A stretch of DNA of 28,401 bases, taken from a virus (lineage: Duplodnaviria > Caudoviricetes). Below are positions 7,726 to 18,300 of the stretch, one piece after another. How positions within the stretch are numbered: the stretch's first letter is position 1; every line of letters starts with the position of its first letter. Under the pieces are notes generated by a model, which was not told where the DNA came from, did not search any database, and was given only the letters and a program-made list of their open reading frames with translations. The translations under genes and the position numbers were made by a program. Where the stretch lies: positions 1 through 28,401 of the IMG/VR virus record IMGVR_UViG_3300021437_000070. One strand, written 5' to 3'.

Positions 7726-10055
7726 TGGCCACTGTTCGCAGCTTCACGCGTGCCTTCAGTTCCGGCGAGGTGTCGCCGGAACTGTTCGGACACTTCGACC
7801 TGGCGCGGATGGCGCAGGCGGTCGCCACCATGCGCAACTTCATCGCGCTGCCGCACGGCCCTGCGGCGAACCGCACGGGCACCGAGTTCGTGAAGGAAGT
7901 CGGCGGCAACAGCGCCACCAAGGTGCGGTTGGCCCCCTTCAGCTACAACAACACCCAGACCTTCGCAATCGAGGTGGGCTCCGGCTTTCTCCGGTGGCAC
8001 ACGCTCGGCGCCACGTTGCTCTACACCGCGACGGCGTGGGTGTCCAACCGACCCTACTTTGTCGCCGACCTCGTCACCTTCGGCGGCAACACCTACGCCT
8101 GCACCGTCGCGGTCACGAGCACCACCGACCCGGCGACCGACGGCGCGCACTGGCGCCTGGCGGCCTACAACGGCGCCACCACCTACGGCGTTGGCGACTT
8201 GGTCACCTCGGCGGGCTCCACCTGGTACAGCCTGGCGGCGGCGAACACCGGCAACACCCCGAACATATCACCCACCTGGTGGTACGCCCTGCCGGCCGAC
8301 GGCACCTACGAGATCCCGAACCCCTATGTCGAAGCAGAGCTTTTCGACATCCACTACACGCAGTCGGCTGACGTCCTGACGCTGGTGCACCCGAGCCATC
8401 CGCCGCTGGAGCTGCGGCGTTACGGACCTTCGAACTGGCAGCTCGCCCAGCCGACCTTCCAACCCACGATCTCCGCGCCGACGGCGCCGGTGGCCACTCC
8501 CACCGGCGCGGGCGCGACCGCCTACAGCTACGTCGCCACCGCGGTCTCCAGCACCAACAACCTCGAAGAATCCGTCGCGTCGAGCGCCGCGTCGTGCAAC
8601 AACGACCTGACCCTGGCCGGGCACAGCAACGTCCTGACCTGCACCGCACCGAGCGGTGCGGCGCGCGTGAACTGGTACAAGTTGGCCAACGGGCTTTACG
8701 GCTACATCGGCCAGATGGCGCCGGGCACCTCGTTCACCGACGCCAACATCACCGCCGACGTCTCGCACACGCCGCCGGTGATGGACGCAGGATTCGCCGC
8801 CGGCAGCACCACCTACCCCGCCGCCGTCGGCTACTTCGAACAGCGCCGGGTGTTCGCCGGCTGGTCGGCCGGGCCGCAGAACCTGATCGCCACGCGGTCC
8901 GGGACTGAATCCAACATCGGCTACCACATCCCGACGCTGTCGGATGACCGCATCGCATTCAGGATCGCCGCGCGCGAGGCCAGCGCGGTGCGCCATATCG
9001 TGCCGCTGCAGAACTTGATCCTGCTGACCGCCACCAATGAGTTCAAGGTGGCCAGCGCCGACGGCAGCGCGCTGACCGGGGCCAACGTCAACGTGCGGCC
9101 CCAGGCCTATGTCGGGGCCAACAATGTGCAGCCGGTGGTGGTGAACTCCACGGTGCTCTACGCTGCTTCGCGCGGCGGCCGTGTGCGCGAAATGTCCTAC
9201 TACTGGCAGGGCCAGTCCTACCAGTCCAGCGACATCAGCCTGATGGCGCCGCACCTGTTCGACTACCTCAACGTGGTCGACATGACACTGGCCAAGGCCC
9301 CCTACCCTATCCTGTGGTGTGTGAACGATGCGGGCGCGCTGCTGGGGATGACCTACGTCCCCGAGCAGCAGATCAGCGCCTGGCATCGGCACGACACCGA
9401 CGGGCTCTTCGAATCCTGCTGTGCGGTGAGCGAGAACGGGGAGGACATGCTCTACCTCGCGGTGAAGCGCACGATCAACGGCGCGGCAAAGCGCTACGTC
9501 GAGCGGCTGCACTCGCGCCGCGCGGCCACAGCGGCCGACTCGTTCTACGTCGATTGCGGGCTCACCTACAGCGGCGCGCCAGTGACGACGCTGTCCGGCC
9601 TCGGCCACCTGGAAGGGAAGACCGTCAGCATCCTGGGTGATGGCGCGGTGATGCCGCAGCAGGTGGTGACGGGCGGCGCACTGCCTTCGGCGCTGCCGGC
9701 GGCCTGCAGCAAGATCCAGCTCGGGCTGCCGATCACCGCCGACCTGCAGACGTTGCCTCTTGCGGTGGATGGCATCCCGGACTTTGGCCAGGGGCGCCAG
9801 AAGAACGTCAACAAGGTCTACTTGCGCGTGGCCTCGTCGTCCAGCATCTTCGCCGGGCCGAGCTTCACGTCACTGCGCGAGTTCAAGCAGCGCACCACCG
9901 AGCCCTACGGCTCGCCGCCGAACCTCGTCAGCGGCGAGGTGGAGATCGTCCTCGACAACGCCTGGGGCTCGTCGGGGCAGGTGTGCGTGCGCCAGCCCAA
10001 CCCGTTGCCGCTCACAATCGTGTCGGCTACGCTCGACGTCGCAGTAGGAGGTTGA
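7725..10055 (+). CDS. Tail tubular protein B / nozzle (Bbp13, T7 gp12-like)
   Basis: Start at TGATG 7725. F..GE.SP, QSADVL..VHP..PP.ELRR, YP.AV.YFEQR..F, EQ...AWH.H.T.G, GL.HLEGKTV.IL.DG. Confidence 0.92.
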   Translation: MATVRSFTRAFSSGEVSPELFGHFDLARMAQAVATMRNFIALPHGPAANRTGTEFVKEVGGNSATKVRLAPFSYNNTQTFAIEVGSGFLRWHTLGATLLYTATAWVSNRPYFVADLVTFGGNTYACTVAVTSTTDPATDGAHWRLAAYNGATTYGVGDLVTSAGSTWYSLAAANTGNTPNISPTWWYALPADGTYEIPNPYVEAELFDIHYTQSADVLTLVHPSHPPLELRRYGPSNWQLAQPTFQPTISAPTAPVATPTGAGATAYSYVATAVSSTNNLEESVASSAASCNNDLTLAGHSNVLTCTAPSGAARVNWYKLANGLYGYIGQMAPGTSFTDANITADVSHTPPVMDAGFAAGSTTYPAAVGYFEQRRVFAGWSAGPQNLIATRSGTESNIGYHIPTLSDDRIAFRIAAREASAVRHIVPLQNLILLTATNEFKVASADGSALTGANVNVRPQAYVGANNVQPVVVNSTVLYAASRGGRVREMSYYWQGQSYQSSDISLMAPHLFDYLNVVDMTLAKAPYPILWCVNDAGALLGMTYVPEQQISAWHRHDTDGLFESCCAVSENGEDMLYLAVKRTINGAAKRYVERLHSRRAATAADSFYVDCGLTYSGAPVTTLSGLGHLEGKTVSILGDGAVMPQQVVTGGALPSALPAACSKIQLGLPITADLQTLPLAVDGIPDFGQGRQKNVNKVYLRVASSSSIFAGPSFTSLREFKQRTTEPYGSPPNLVSGEVEIVLDNAWGSSGQVCVRQPNPLPLTIVSATLDVAVGG

Positions 10056-10056
10056 C

Positions 10057-10617
10057 ATGGGGTTCACAACGCAAGCCGCCGGCGCTGCCGTCTCGGCCTA
10101 TGGCGCGAGCAAGGCGGCGCGGACGCGCAAGAACGCCTACGCGGCGCAGGGCCAGATAGACAGCAACAACGCCCAGATCGCCGAATGGCAGGCGGCGCAA
10201 GCCGAGACCGCGGGCGCGCAGCAGGAACAGAACGCCCGCTTGCGCGGTGCGCAGGTTGCCGGCGGCCAGCGCGCTGAAATGGCCGCCAACGGGATCGACC
10301 TCGGTTCTGGCAGCGCCACCGACGTGTTGGCCAGCACGAAGCTGGTCAATGAGATCGACGCGCTGACCATCCGCGACAACGCCACACGCACAGCCTGGGG
10401 CTACCGCACGCAAGGCACGAACTTCACCAACGATGCGAATATGTCTGCCTCGGCCGCCGACAGCATCAACCCCGGCCTGGTCGGCTGGAGTTCGTTGCTC
10501 GGCAACGCCGGCGCGGTTGACGCCAGCTGGACGGCCAAGCAGAAGAACGGCGGCTGGAGCCGCCCCAGCTGGCTGACGAGCCAGCCGGCCGTGAATAGCC
10601 CGCGCGGAGGCTACTGA
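10057..10617 (+). CDS. Internal virion / ejection protein (T7 gp14-like position)
   Basis: AGGAGG RBS. G.QRA.MAANG.DL..GS..D.......E.DALTIR.NA motif. Confidence 0.85.
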   Translation: MGFTTQAAGAAVSAYGASKAARTRKNAYAAQGQIDSNNAQIAEWQAAQAETAGAQQEQNARLRGAQVAGGQRAEMAANGIDLGSGSATDVLASTKLVNEIDALTIRDNATRTAWGYRTQGTNFTNDANMSASAADSINPGLVGWSSLLGNAGAVDASWTAKQKNGGWSRPSWLTSQPAVNSPRGGY

Positions 10618-12377
10618 TGGCCCGCGTTCCACTGATGGTGGTGCCCCAGGCCGAGCAGTCACAACTGCCCGGCCCTATGGCGGACGACCGCGCGCCGCTG
10701 CGGCGCATGGACGGTGGCGGTCAAGAGGTGCAGCAGCTCGGGCAGAGCCTGATGCGTGCCGGCACGGACTACGACCGCCTCGCCGCGCAGCAGCAGGCGC
10801 TGACCAACGAATCCACGGTCAAGGACAGCACCGCGCAGCTGCACGACATGGTGTCGAAGCTCATGTACGACCCCGAGACGGGGTACATGAACGCCAAGGG
10901 CAAGAACGCTCTCGGGGCTGCCGAGGGTGGCCGGTTCGACGACGTGCACGACGCCCTGCAGAACGCAGTCCGGGATCTCGGCGGCAAGCTGACGAACCCC
11001 GAGCAGCAACGTATGTTCGGCCAGGTTGCCCAGCAGGTCACCGGCGCGGCGGTCAACGCCATGCGCCAGCACGCCTCACAGCAGAACACGGTCTACGCAA
11101 TGGACTCGTCGCGGGCGCGAGGCGACGCCGCCGGCGAATCCGCAGTGCTCGCTTTCAACCCGATGCCCGGGGCCGACAACAGCCTCTACCAGCAGGGCGT
11201 TGCGGTGCGCACCGCCGAGCTGCGCGACCAAGCGCGCCTGGCCGGGCTCGACGCCGACAGCGCGGCCGGCTTTGTCAAGGCAGGCTTGGCGAAGACCTAC
11301 ACCTCGGTCCTCGACCACCTGCTGGCCAACGGCCAGACGAAGGCCGCCAACGACTACTTCGGCAGCGTGCGCGACCAGCTGCCCTCGCAGGTGGCCGACA
11401 AGATCACCGCTGCGCTGACCGCGGGCCGGGCCAAGGACGACGGCATCAACTTGGCGCTGACCCTGGGGCAGAAGTTCGGCACGCTCGCACAGCAGGAAGC
11501 CGAGCTGAACAAGCGCAAACTGGCGGGCGATGTCGACGCCGACACCTACACCGTCGCGCAAGCCCAGCTGCGCGCCGGCGACGCCATGCGCAAGAGCGCA
11601 CAGGCCGACGCCGAAAAGCAGTTCCTTGGGTCGATCTGGGACGCGCACCGGCAGAACCCCGCGATGACGGTTGCAAACCTGACCCCGCAGCAGTTGGCGT
11701 TCGTGAAGGCCAGCAACCTGGGGCCCCACGTCGACAACATCCTGCGGCCGGACACCGCCCCGAAGATCGACGACATCGAGACCGTCGTGCAGCTGCGTCA
11801 CATGGCGGCTGACGACCCGGTTGGCTTCGTCCACTTGGACTTGCACAAGTTCGGGCTGAACCCGTCCAGCCTTTTGGACTTGTCGGCAAAGCAGGACGGC
11901 ATCACCAAGAAGGGCGCCATTCAGCTGTCCGTCGACAAGCTGATGAGCGGCGCGGTGCGCACCGCGGTCGGTGAGCTGAAAGTTGCCGGCGTCGACCCCG
12001 GCGCGAAGCCTGGAACCGACGCTGCGCAGAACTACGCCGACTTCCAGAACGCCGCGTTCAACGCCCTGGAGGATGAGGTGAAGGCGCGCCAGGCCTCGAA
12101 GCTCAAGCCGATGACCGACGCCGACGCGCGGGCGGTGGTGCTCGGCGTGGTGAAGAAAACCACGCTGGCCGGCACCGGCGTGCTCGGCTTCTTCCAGGAC
12201 GACGGCCCGGCCTACCAGGTGGTCAGCAAGATCCCCGCGGCCGACCGTGAGCAGATCACGCAAGCGCTGCGCGCCAAGGGCCGCGCGGTCACGCCGGCGG
12301 CGATCGTCGACCTTTACAACGCTGTGCGCGCGAAGCCGGCGGTCAAGCCTGCGACCGGCGCGCAAGGAAGTTGGTGA
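10617..12377 (+). CDS. Internal virion / ejection protein (gp15-like position)
   Basis: TGATG coupling, MARVP start, helical 586 aa, LMYDPETGY...KGKNA motif, position in the operon. Confidence 0.75.
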   Translation: MARVPLMVVPQAEQSQLPGPMADDRAPLRRMDGGGQEVQQLGQSLMRAGTDYDRLAAQQQALTNESTVKDSTAQLHDMVSKLMYDPETGYMNAKGKNALGAAEGGRFDDVHDALQNAVRDLGGKLTNPEQQRMFGQVAQQVTGAAVNAMRQHASQQNTVYAMDSSRARGDAAGESAVLAFNPMPGADNSLYQQGVAVRTAELRDQARLAGLDADSAAGFVKAGLAKTYTSVLDHLLANGQTKAANDYFGSVRDQLPSQVADKITAALTAGRAKDDGINLALTLGQKFGTLAQQEAELNKRKLAGDVDADTYTVAQAQLRAGDAMRKSAQADAEKQFLGSIWDAHRQNPAMTVANLTPQQLAFVKASNLGPHVDNILRPDTAPKIDDIETVVQLRHMAADDPVGFVHLDLHKFGLNPSSLLDLSAKQDGITKKGAIQLSVDKLMSGAVRTAVGELKVAGVDPGAKPGTDAAQNYADFQNAAFNALEDEVKARQASKLKPMTDADARAVVLGVVKKTTLAGTGVLGFFQDDGPAYQVVSKIPAADREQITQALRAKGRAVTPAAIVDLYNAVRAKPAVKPATGAQGSW

Positions 12378-15300
12378 TGAGCGGCAACCCGTATCTCGAC
12401 ACCCTGGAAGCGCAAGAGGAAGACGGCACAACGCCGGTTCCGCGCGCCGCGGGCAACCCCTACCTGGCCACGCTCAACCAACAGAGCCAGAACACCCGCG
12501 CGCAGGCCGCGCTGGCGATCAGCACGCAGCTCGACCAGAACCCCGACAAGGCCTCGCAGAACACGCAGCTGGCCCGGCGGTTCAAGGTGCCGCCGGCGGT
12601 GGTCGACCAGTGGCCGGAAGAGTTCCGCACACGCGCTGTCACCGACGCCGCGCGCGAAGCGCTGGGCGACGCGCCCACGCTGTCGCGCACGCTGGCGGCG
12701 GACCCGCGCGCTGCGGCGAACATCCACGACGACGTGCCGATGACCGTCGCCACCGAGAAGACCGCCCGCAGCCTGCCGCAACGTGCGCTGGACTACGTCT
12801 TCAGCACGCACGGCATCACCGACGACGCGTCGGAGAATCTGGCGTCATTCGCTGCGTCGGTGGTGCGTTCGGCTGCCGCTACGGTCGAGCCCGTCGCTGT
12901 CCACTACCCGGCGCTCGCCGCCGGCGCGCTGACGCTGCCGGTCGACTGGATGCTGGGCACAGACCTTGCTTCGTACCCGTTCACCCTGGCCTACCGTCAG
13001 GGCCTGCTGGCCGATCAGGAGAAGGCGCGCGCTGCGGCCGACAAGACTTTCAGCGGCAAGCTGGCCAGCGCCACCGGCGGCACGCTGGGCGTGCTCGGCG
13101 AAGCCATGGCGACCGGGGGCGAGGCCACCGCGGCGCGCCTCGGCGCCGGCACCTGGGAAGCGCTGTGGCCCGCCATTCAGCACGGCATCCGCTCGATGCT
13201 GGTGCCGTCGGCTGCAGCCAGTGCCGAGACCGCACAGCAGGTGCGGGACGCCGGCGGCACGCCGGGGCAAGCTGTCGGCGCTGGCTTGGCGTCCTACGCC
13301 TCGAACACCCTGGGCGGCATCGTGCCCTTCGCCAAGGCCGGCGCGCCGCTGCTCAGCCGGATCGCGTCAGGCGCAGCGATGGGCCCGATCACCGGCGAGG
13401 TGTCGCGCCAGCTGATGAACGCGACGTTGCCCGAGAGCATGCAGACGGCGCGCCCCGGCGCTGACGACCTGGCGATTCAGGCCATCACGGGCGGCGTGTT
13501 CGGCGGCCTGGTTGGTGGCCACGACGAGGCGACGCAAAGCCGCGTCATGCGCGAGTACGTGCGAAGCACCTACGACGCGGCGAACGCCCACGACGCTCTG
13601 CAGGCCGAGGCCACGCTGCGCTCGCTGAGCGCGATCGTTCAGGAAGGCAAGCTGCGCAGCCGCGACATGGACAGCTTCAAGCAGCTGCTGACCGATGTCG
13701 GCGACGACGCGAACATCGACGGGGTCTGGATAGACGCGCGCAAGCTCACCGAAGTGCTCGACGCGGCCGGCCTGGAGGGCGAGCACCTGCGCGAGGTGCT
13801 GCCGAAGGTGGCCAGCCAGATGCGTGAGGCGCTGCAGACCGAAGGCCAGGTGCGCATCGGCCTTGACGACTACGGCACGCACATCATGGGCAGCACCGTC
13901 GAAGATGCGCTGATCCCGCACCTGCGCGTCAAGGAAGACGGGCCGACGATCGGCGAGGCGCAGAAGTACGCCGGCGGTCAGCGCGAGCGCATGGCCGGCG
14001 AGGCGGCGCGCATCCTGGCCGAGAAAGCGGCCGACGAGGACTTCGCGGCCTCGCGCCAGAAGGTGCTCGACGACACCCAGGCGCAGCTGGCCGCGACCGG
14101 GCGCTTTCCGCCCGACGTCGCCAAGCTGTACGCGAACCTGCACGCCGACTGGTTCACCGTGTTGGGCGCCGAGCTGGGGCTGAAGCCCCACGAGGCGCGC
14201 GAGCGCTACGCAGTCAACGTGGCGGGCGAACGAGGCACCGGCGCCTCGGTCATGGACCAGCCCGGCGCGGTGAGCGTCGAGGGCTACCACTTCAGCCATG
14301 AGGACCGGCCAACGCTGTCGACCGCGGCCTACGGCACGGGGCTGCGCGGCAGCGCGCGCGACGAGATCCTGAACCACCCCGATCAGCGGTTGAGGCAGCG
14401 CCTGTCGTTCTACTTCGACAAGGGCACCGGTGTGAGGCCCGAGGATGGTGTTGGTGGCCGGGCGCACCGCGTCCAGCTGGACAACATCTACGACGCCGAC
14501 GCCGACCCGCTGAAGCTGCGCAGCGGCGACGCGCGGGCGTTCGAATCCAAGCTGCTGGATCTCGGGTACAAGGGCTACCTCAACCGCATGGAGGGCACGC
14601 AGCCCGGCCAGGTGATTGCCCTCGGGCCCCAGACCTTCCGCCCCGAGCTGCTGGGCGCGCAGTCCAAGATCGAGGGCGGTCAGCGCGTGCCGGCGCTGCC
14701 GGCCGAAGCACCCACCTGGCGCACCGAGGCCAGCGGTTCGCCCGAGGCGATGCAGGCCAGGCTGGAGCGCATGAAGGCGAACCCGGCCTGGGCCGGCTAT
14801 GACCTGCGCGTCGAGGGCCGCGAGCTGCAATCGCTGAAGCGCGGGCCGGTCGACGAGGACCGCAACGCCCCGCCGCCCGCGGTGTTCCAGCAACATGCCG
14901 ACCAGAAAGGACTGACAGATGGACCTGCCGCCGCCCCCGGAGCTGAAGGACTTCCCAGATCAGGAGAGCTTCCAGGAGGCGCGGGGGTTCTGGCAGGCGA
15001 GGGTCGGCCGGATCAAGGGGCTGGCCGCGAGCCCGACGGCAGTCTCCGCGGCCTCCCCCGTGACGTCGGCGGCTACCGTGCGAGCGCCTTCCCGGAAGCC
15101 CAGCGCGTAGCGCGCGACTACATGGCGAAGGCCGGGCTCCCCTACGAGCCGCCGGCCACCTACGCCAAGGTCGACGTGCCGCGCGCGAAGCGCATCGCGC
15201 AGGCCTTCGAGGCGATGAAGCATGACCCGGAGAACCCCGAGGTCAAGGCGGCCTACGCCAAGATGGTCGAAGAGGTAACCGCGCAGTACCAGGCGGCGTT

Positions 15301-18300
15301 GGACGCCGGCCTCAAAGTCGAGTTCGTCACTGGCGACGACCCCTACAAGGGCAACCCCCGGGCGATGACCGAGGACGTGCGGCAGAACAACCATATGTGG
15401 GTGTTCAGCACGCGCGACGGGTTTGGCACCGACGCCACCTTCGACCCCGCCGGGAACCCCCTGTTGGCAGAGACCGCGCACGAGATCAGCGGCCAGAAGG
15501 CCCTGGCCAACGATCTGTTCCGCGTCGTGCACGACTACTTCGGCCACGTCAAGGAAGGTGTCGGGTTCCGTGCCGCTGGGGAGGAAAACGCCTGGCGGGC
15601 CCACATGGCGATGTTCTCGCCCCTGGCGCGCAAGGCCGCTACCACCGAGACCCGCGGCCAGAACTCGTGGCTGAACTACGGCCCCCACGGCGAAACGAAC
15701 CGAACAGCCAAGGTCGAGGACACGCACTTCGCCGACCAGAAGATCGGCTTGCTGCCGGACTGGGTGGTCAACGAGGGGCGCACAGACGCGCCGCAAGACG
15801 CCCACATCAATGTCGGCATGGACGTGCGGCCGGACTTGCGAGACCAGCCGCTGAAGGTCGACGAGATCACCGACGCGCTGCGCGCCGCCGGCGTGCACGT
15901 GCTTGACTCGGCCGTCCACCAGTCCGATACCGAGAAAACCTTCGTCGGCCACCTGGACCGGCCGCTCACGCCAGAAGAGGGCCACGCCCTGAGCGTGGCG
16001 CTGAAGCAGGAAGCCATCGCCCAGAAGACCGGCGACACCGGCGCGTTGTACGGGCCCGAGGCCTCGAAGTGGGGTGGCTACAACCCGGACTACTTCCTGA
16101 TGCCGGACGGGCGGCGTGCCAGCGACACCACGTTTGCGCAGGCCGATCTGTTCCCGGAAGATCTTGCTGACAAGAACACGACCGTTGAGACTTCGCGCGT
16201 CGTTTCGTCAAAGGGTGCGACAGAACGCGGCACCAACACCAACAGTGCCGGGCAGCGCATAGCGTCGACCGTTCAGGGACTGCGCAACTTCTGGCGTTGG
16301 TTCGGCAACAGCGATGCTGTTGACGCTGACGGCGCCCCCCTGGTCCTGTACCACTCGACGAACGCGGACACCGCCACGTTGGAAGCGAACCGCAAGACCA
16401 CCAACAATTACGGCATTCTGGGTGACGTCGATGTCTCGCGTGCGGCGGTCTTCCTGACGCCTGACCGCGCCTTCTCGCAGGAGTACCTGCGCAGCGGCGA
16501 AGGCCAGAACGTAATGCCCGTGTACGCGCGCATGGAGTATCCGTTCGATCTTCGCAAGGGGCTTAGCGAAACCCAAGAGCAGGAGCTTGAAGCGGCCGGC
16601 GTCAATACCCGTTACATACACAACATCGGGCATCATTGGGAGCTGTTCGACAACGCGGACGACGGCACGAACCTCTTCGTGGACACGTTAAAGCGCCTCG
16701 GTTACGACGGCGCGCTCTTCAGAGAAGCCGATCAGGCCGGCGCGGTGCACGACACCTATGCGGTGTTCAGTGGCGAACAGGTCAAGAGCGCTACAGGCAA
16801 CCGAGGCACCTTTGACGCCAGCGCCGCTGTCCACAACCAAGACACCCCTGGCGGGGGCTCCGTCGGCACTTCGCCGCCCGGCAGCCCCGACCCTCTGAAG
16901 CCCGGCGCCGGCGCCCGCGGCCAGATCAGCTTCGCCGACGACATCACCTCGGCGCCGAGCACCATCAGCTTGCTGAAGAACGCCGACCTGTCGACGTTCC
17001 TGCACGAGACCGGTCACTTCTTCCTTCAGGTCTACGCCGACGTGGCCGGCCGGCCCGACGCGCCGGCGAAGATCGCCGCCGACATGCAGCACCTGCTGGA
17101 CTGGTTCGGTGTCAAGGACGTCGCCACTTGGCAGGCAATGACCGCCGACCAGCAGCGCGAGTTCCACGAGCGCTTCGCCCGCGGCTTCGAGGCCTACCTG
17201 ATGGGCGGCGAAGCACCGAGCCTGGCCCAGCAGTCGATGTTCCAGCGGTTCGCCTCCTGGCTGACGCAGGTCTACCGCTCGCTGGCCGGGCTCAACGTCC
17301 AGCTGACGCCCGAGGTGCGCGGCGTCATGGACCGCATGTTGGCGTCCGAGAATGCCATCAAGGAGGCCGAGGCCGCGCGCGGCCTGCGCTCGCTCTTCGA
17401 GACCCGGCCCGAAGGCATGACCGACGACGCCTGGGCGAAGTACCAGACGGACGCGCTGGCGGCCACCGGCGCGGCCGTGAGCGACTTGCAGCGTCGGTCG
17501 ATCAAGGATATGCAGTGGCTGGCCAACGCAAAGGCCGGCGCGATGTCCGTGCTGCAGCGCGAGGCGCGCGAGAAGCGCAAGGCCATCACCGCCGAGGTGA
17601 CCGCCGAAGTCGACGCGCTGCCGGCCTTCGCCGCCAAGGCCTACCTTGACCGCGCCACCGATCCGTTGGGCGACTACAAGGCGGCGATGGCCGCCTGGCG
17701 CGAGCAGCGCAACGCCGTCGCCAAGGACGAGCGGCCGGCGTGGCTGGCCGCGCACCCCGAGCCGGAGAAGCCGGCATCCGATGTTCCGGCGTGGGAGGCC
17801 CGCCGCGAGGCGGAGCAGGCCCGTGCGCGCGACGAAGAGAAGGCCCGGGTAGGTGAGGGGCTGACCGGGATTGCGAAGGGCCAGGCGCTGGCCAAAGCTG
17901 CGCGCGAGATCGACAACAACGTCGAACGCACGATGATCGCCTGGGACCGCGCGAACCCGCGCCCGACGGTCGAGCGCCCGAAGGTTGACCTGGAGGTGAC
18001 CGCCGACCGCTTCGGGTTCAACTCGGCCGACGAAATGCTGCAGGCTATCAAGGACGCCGGCAGCCGCAAGGACGTCATCGAAGCCATGACCGACCAGCGC
18101 ATGCTGGAGCGGCATGGCGAGCTGGTCGACCCCGTCAGCATCGAGCGTGCGGCCGAGGCCGCCATCCACAACGACGTCCGCGCCCGCGTCCTGGCGCGCG
18201 AGCTGAACGCGCTGGCCAAAGCCACCGGCAGCCCGCGCTTGCTTGCCAAGGCTGCCGAAGAGGCCGCGCAGGCAGCGATCGGCGCCAAGGTCATCAAGGA

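Noticed and set aside
17660-17980. Weak AW...P.P repeats in the giant protein
   Set aside because: Low-complexity helical insert with no convincing nucleotide repeat.
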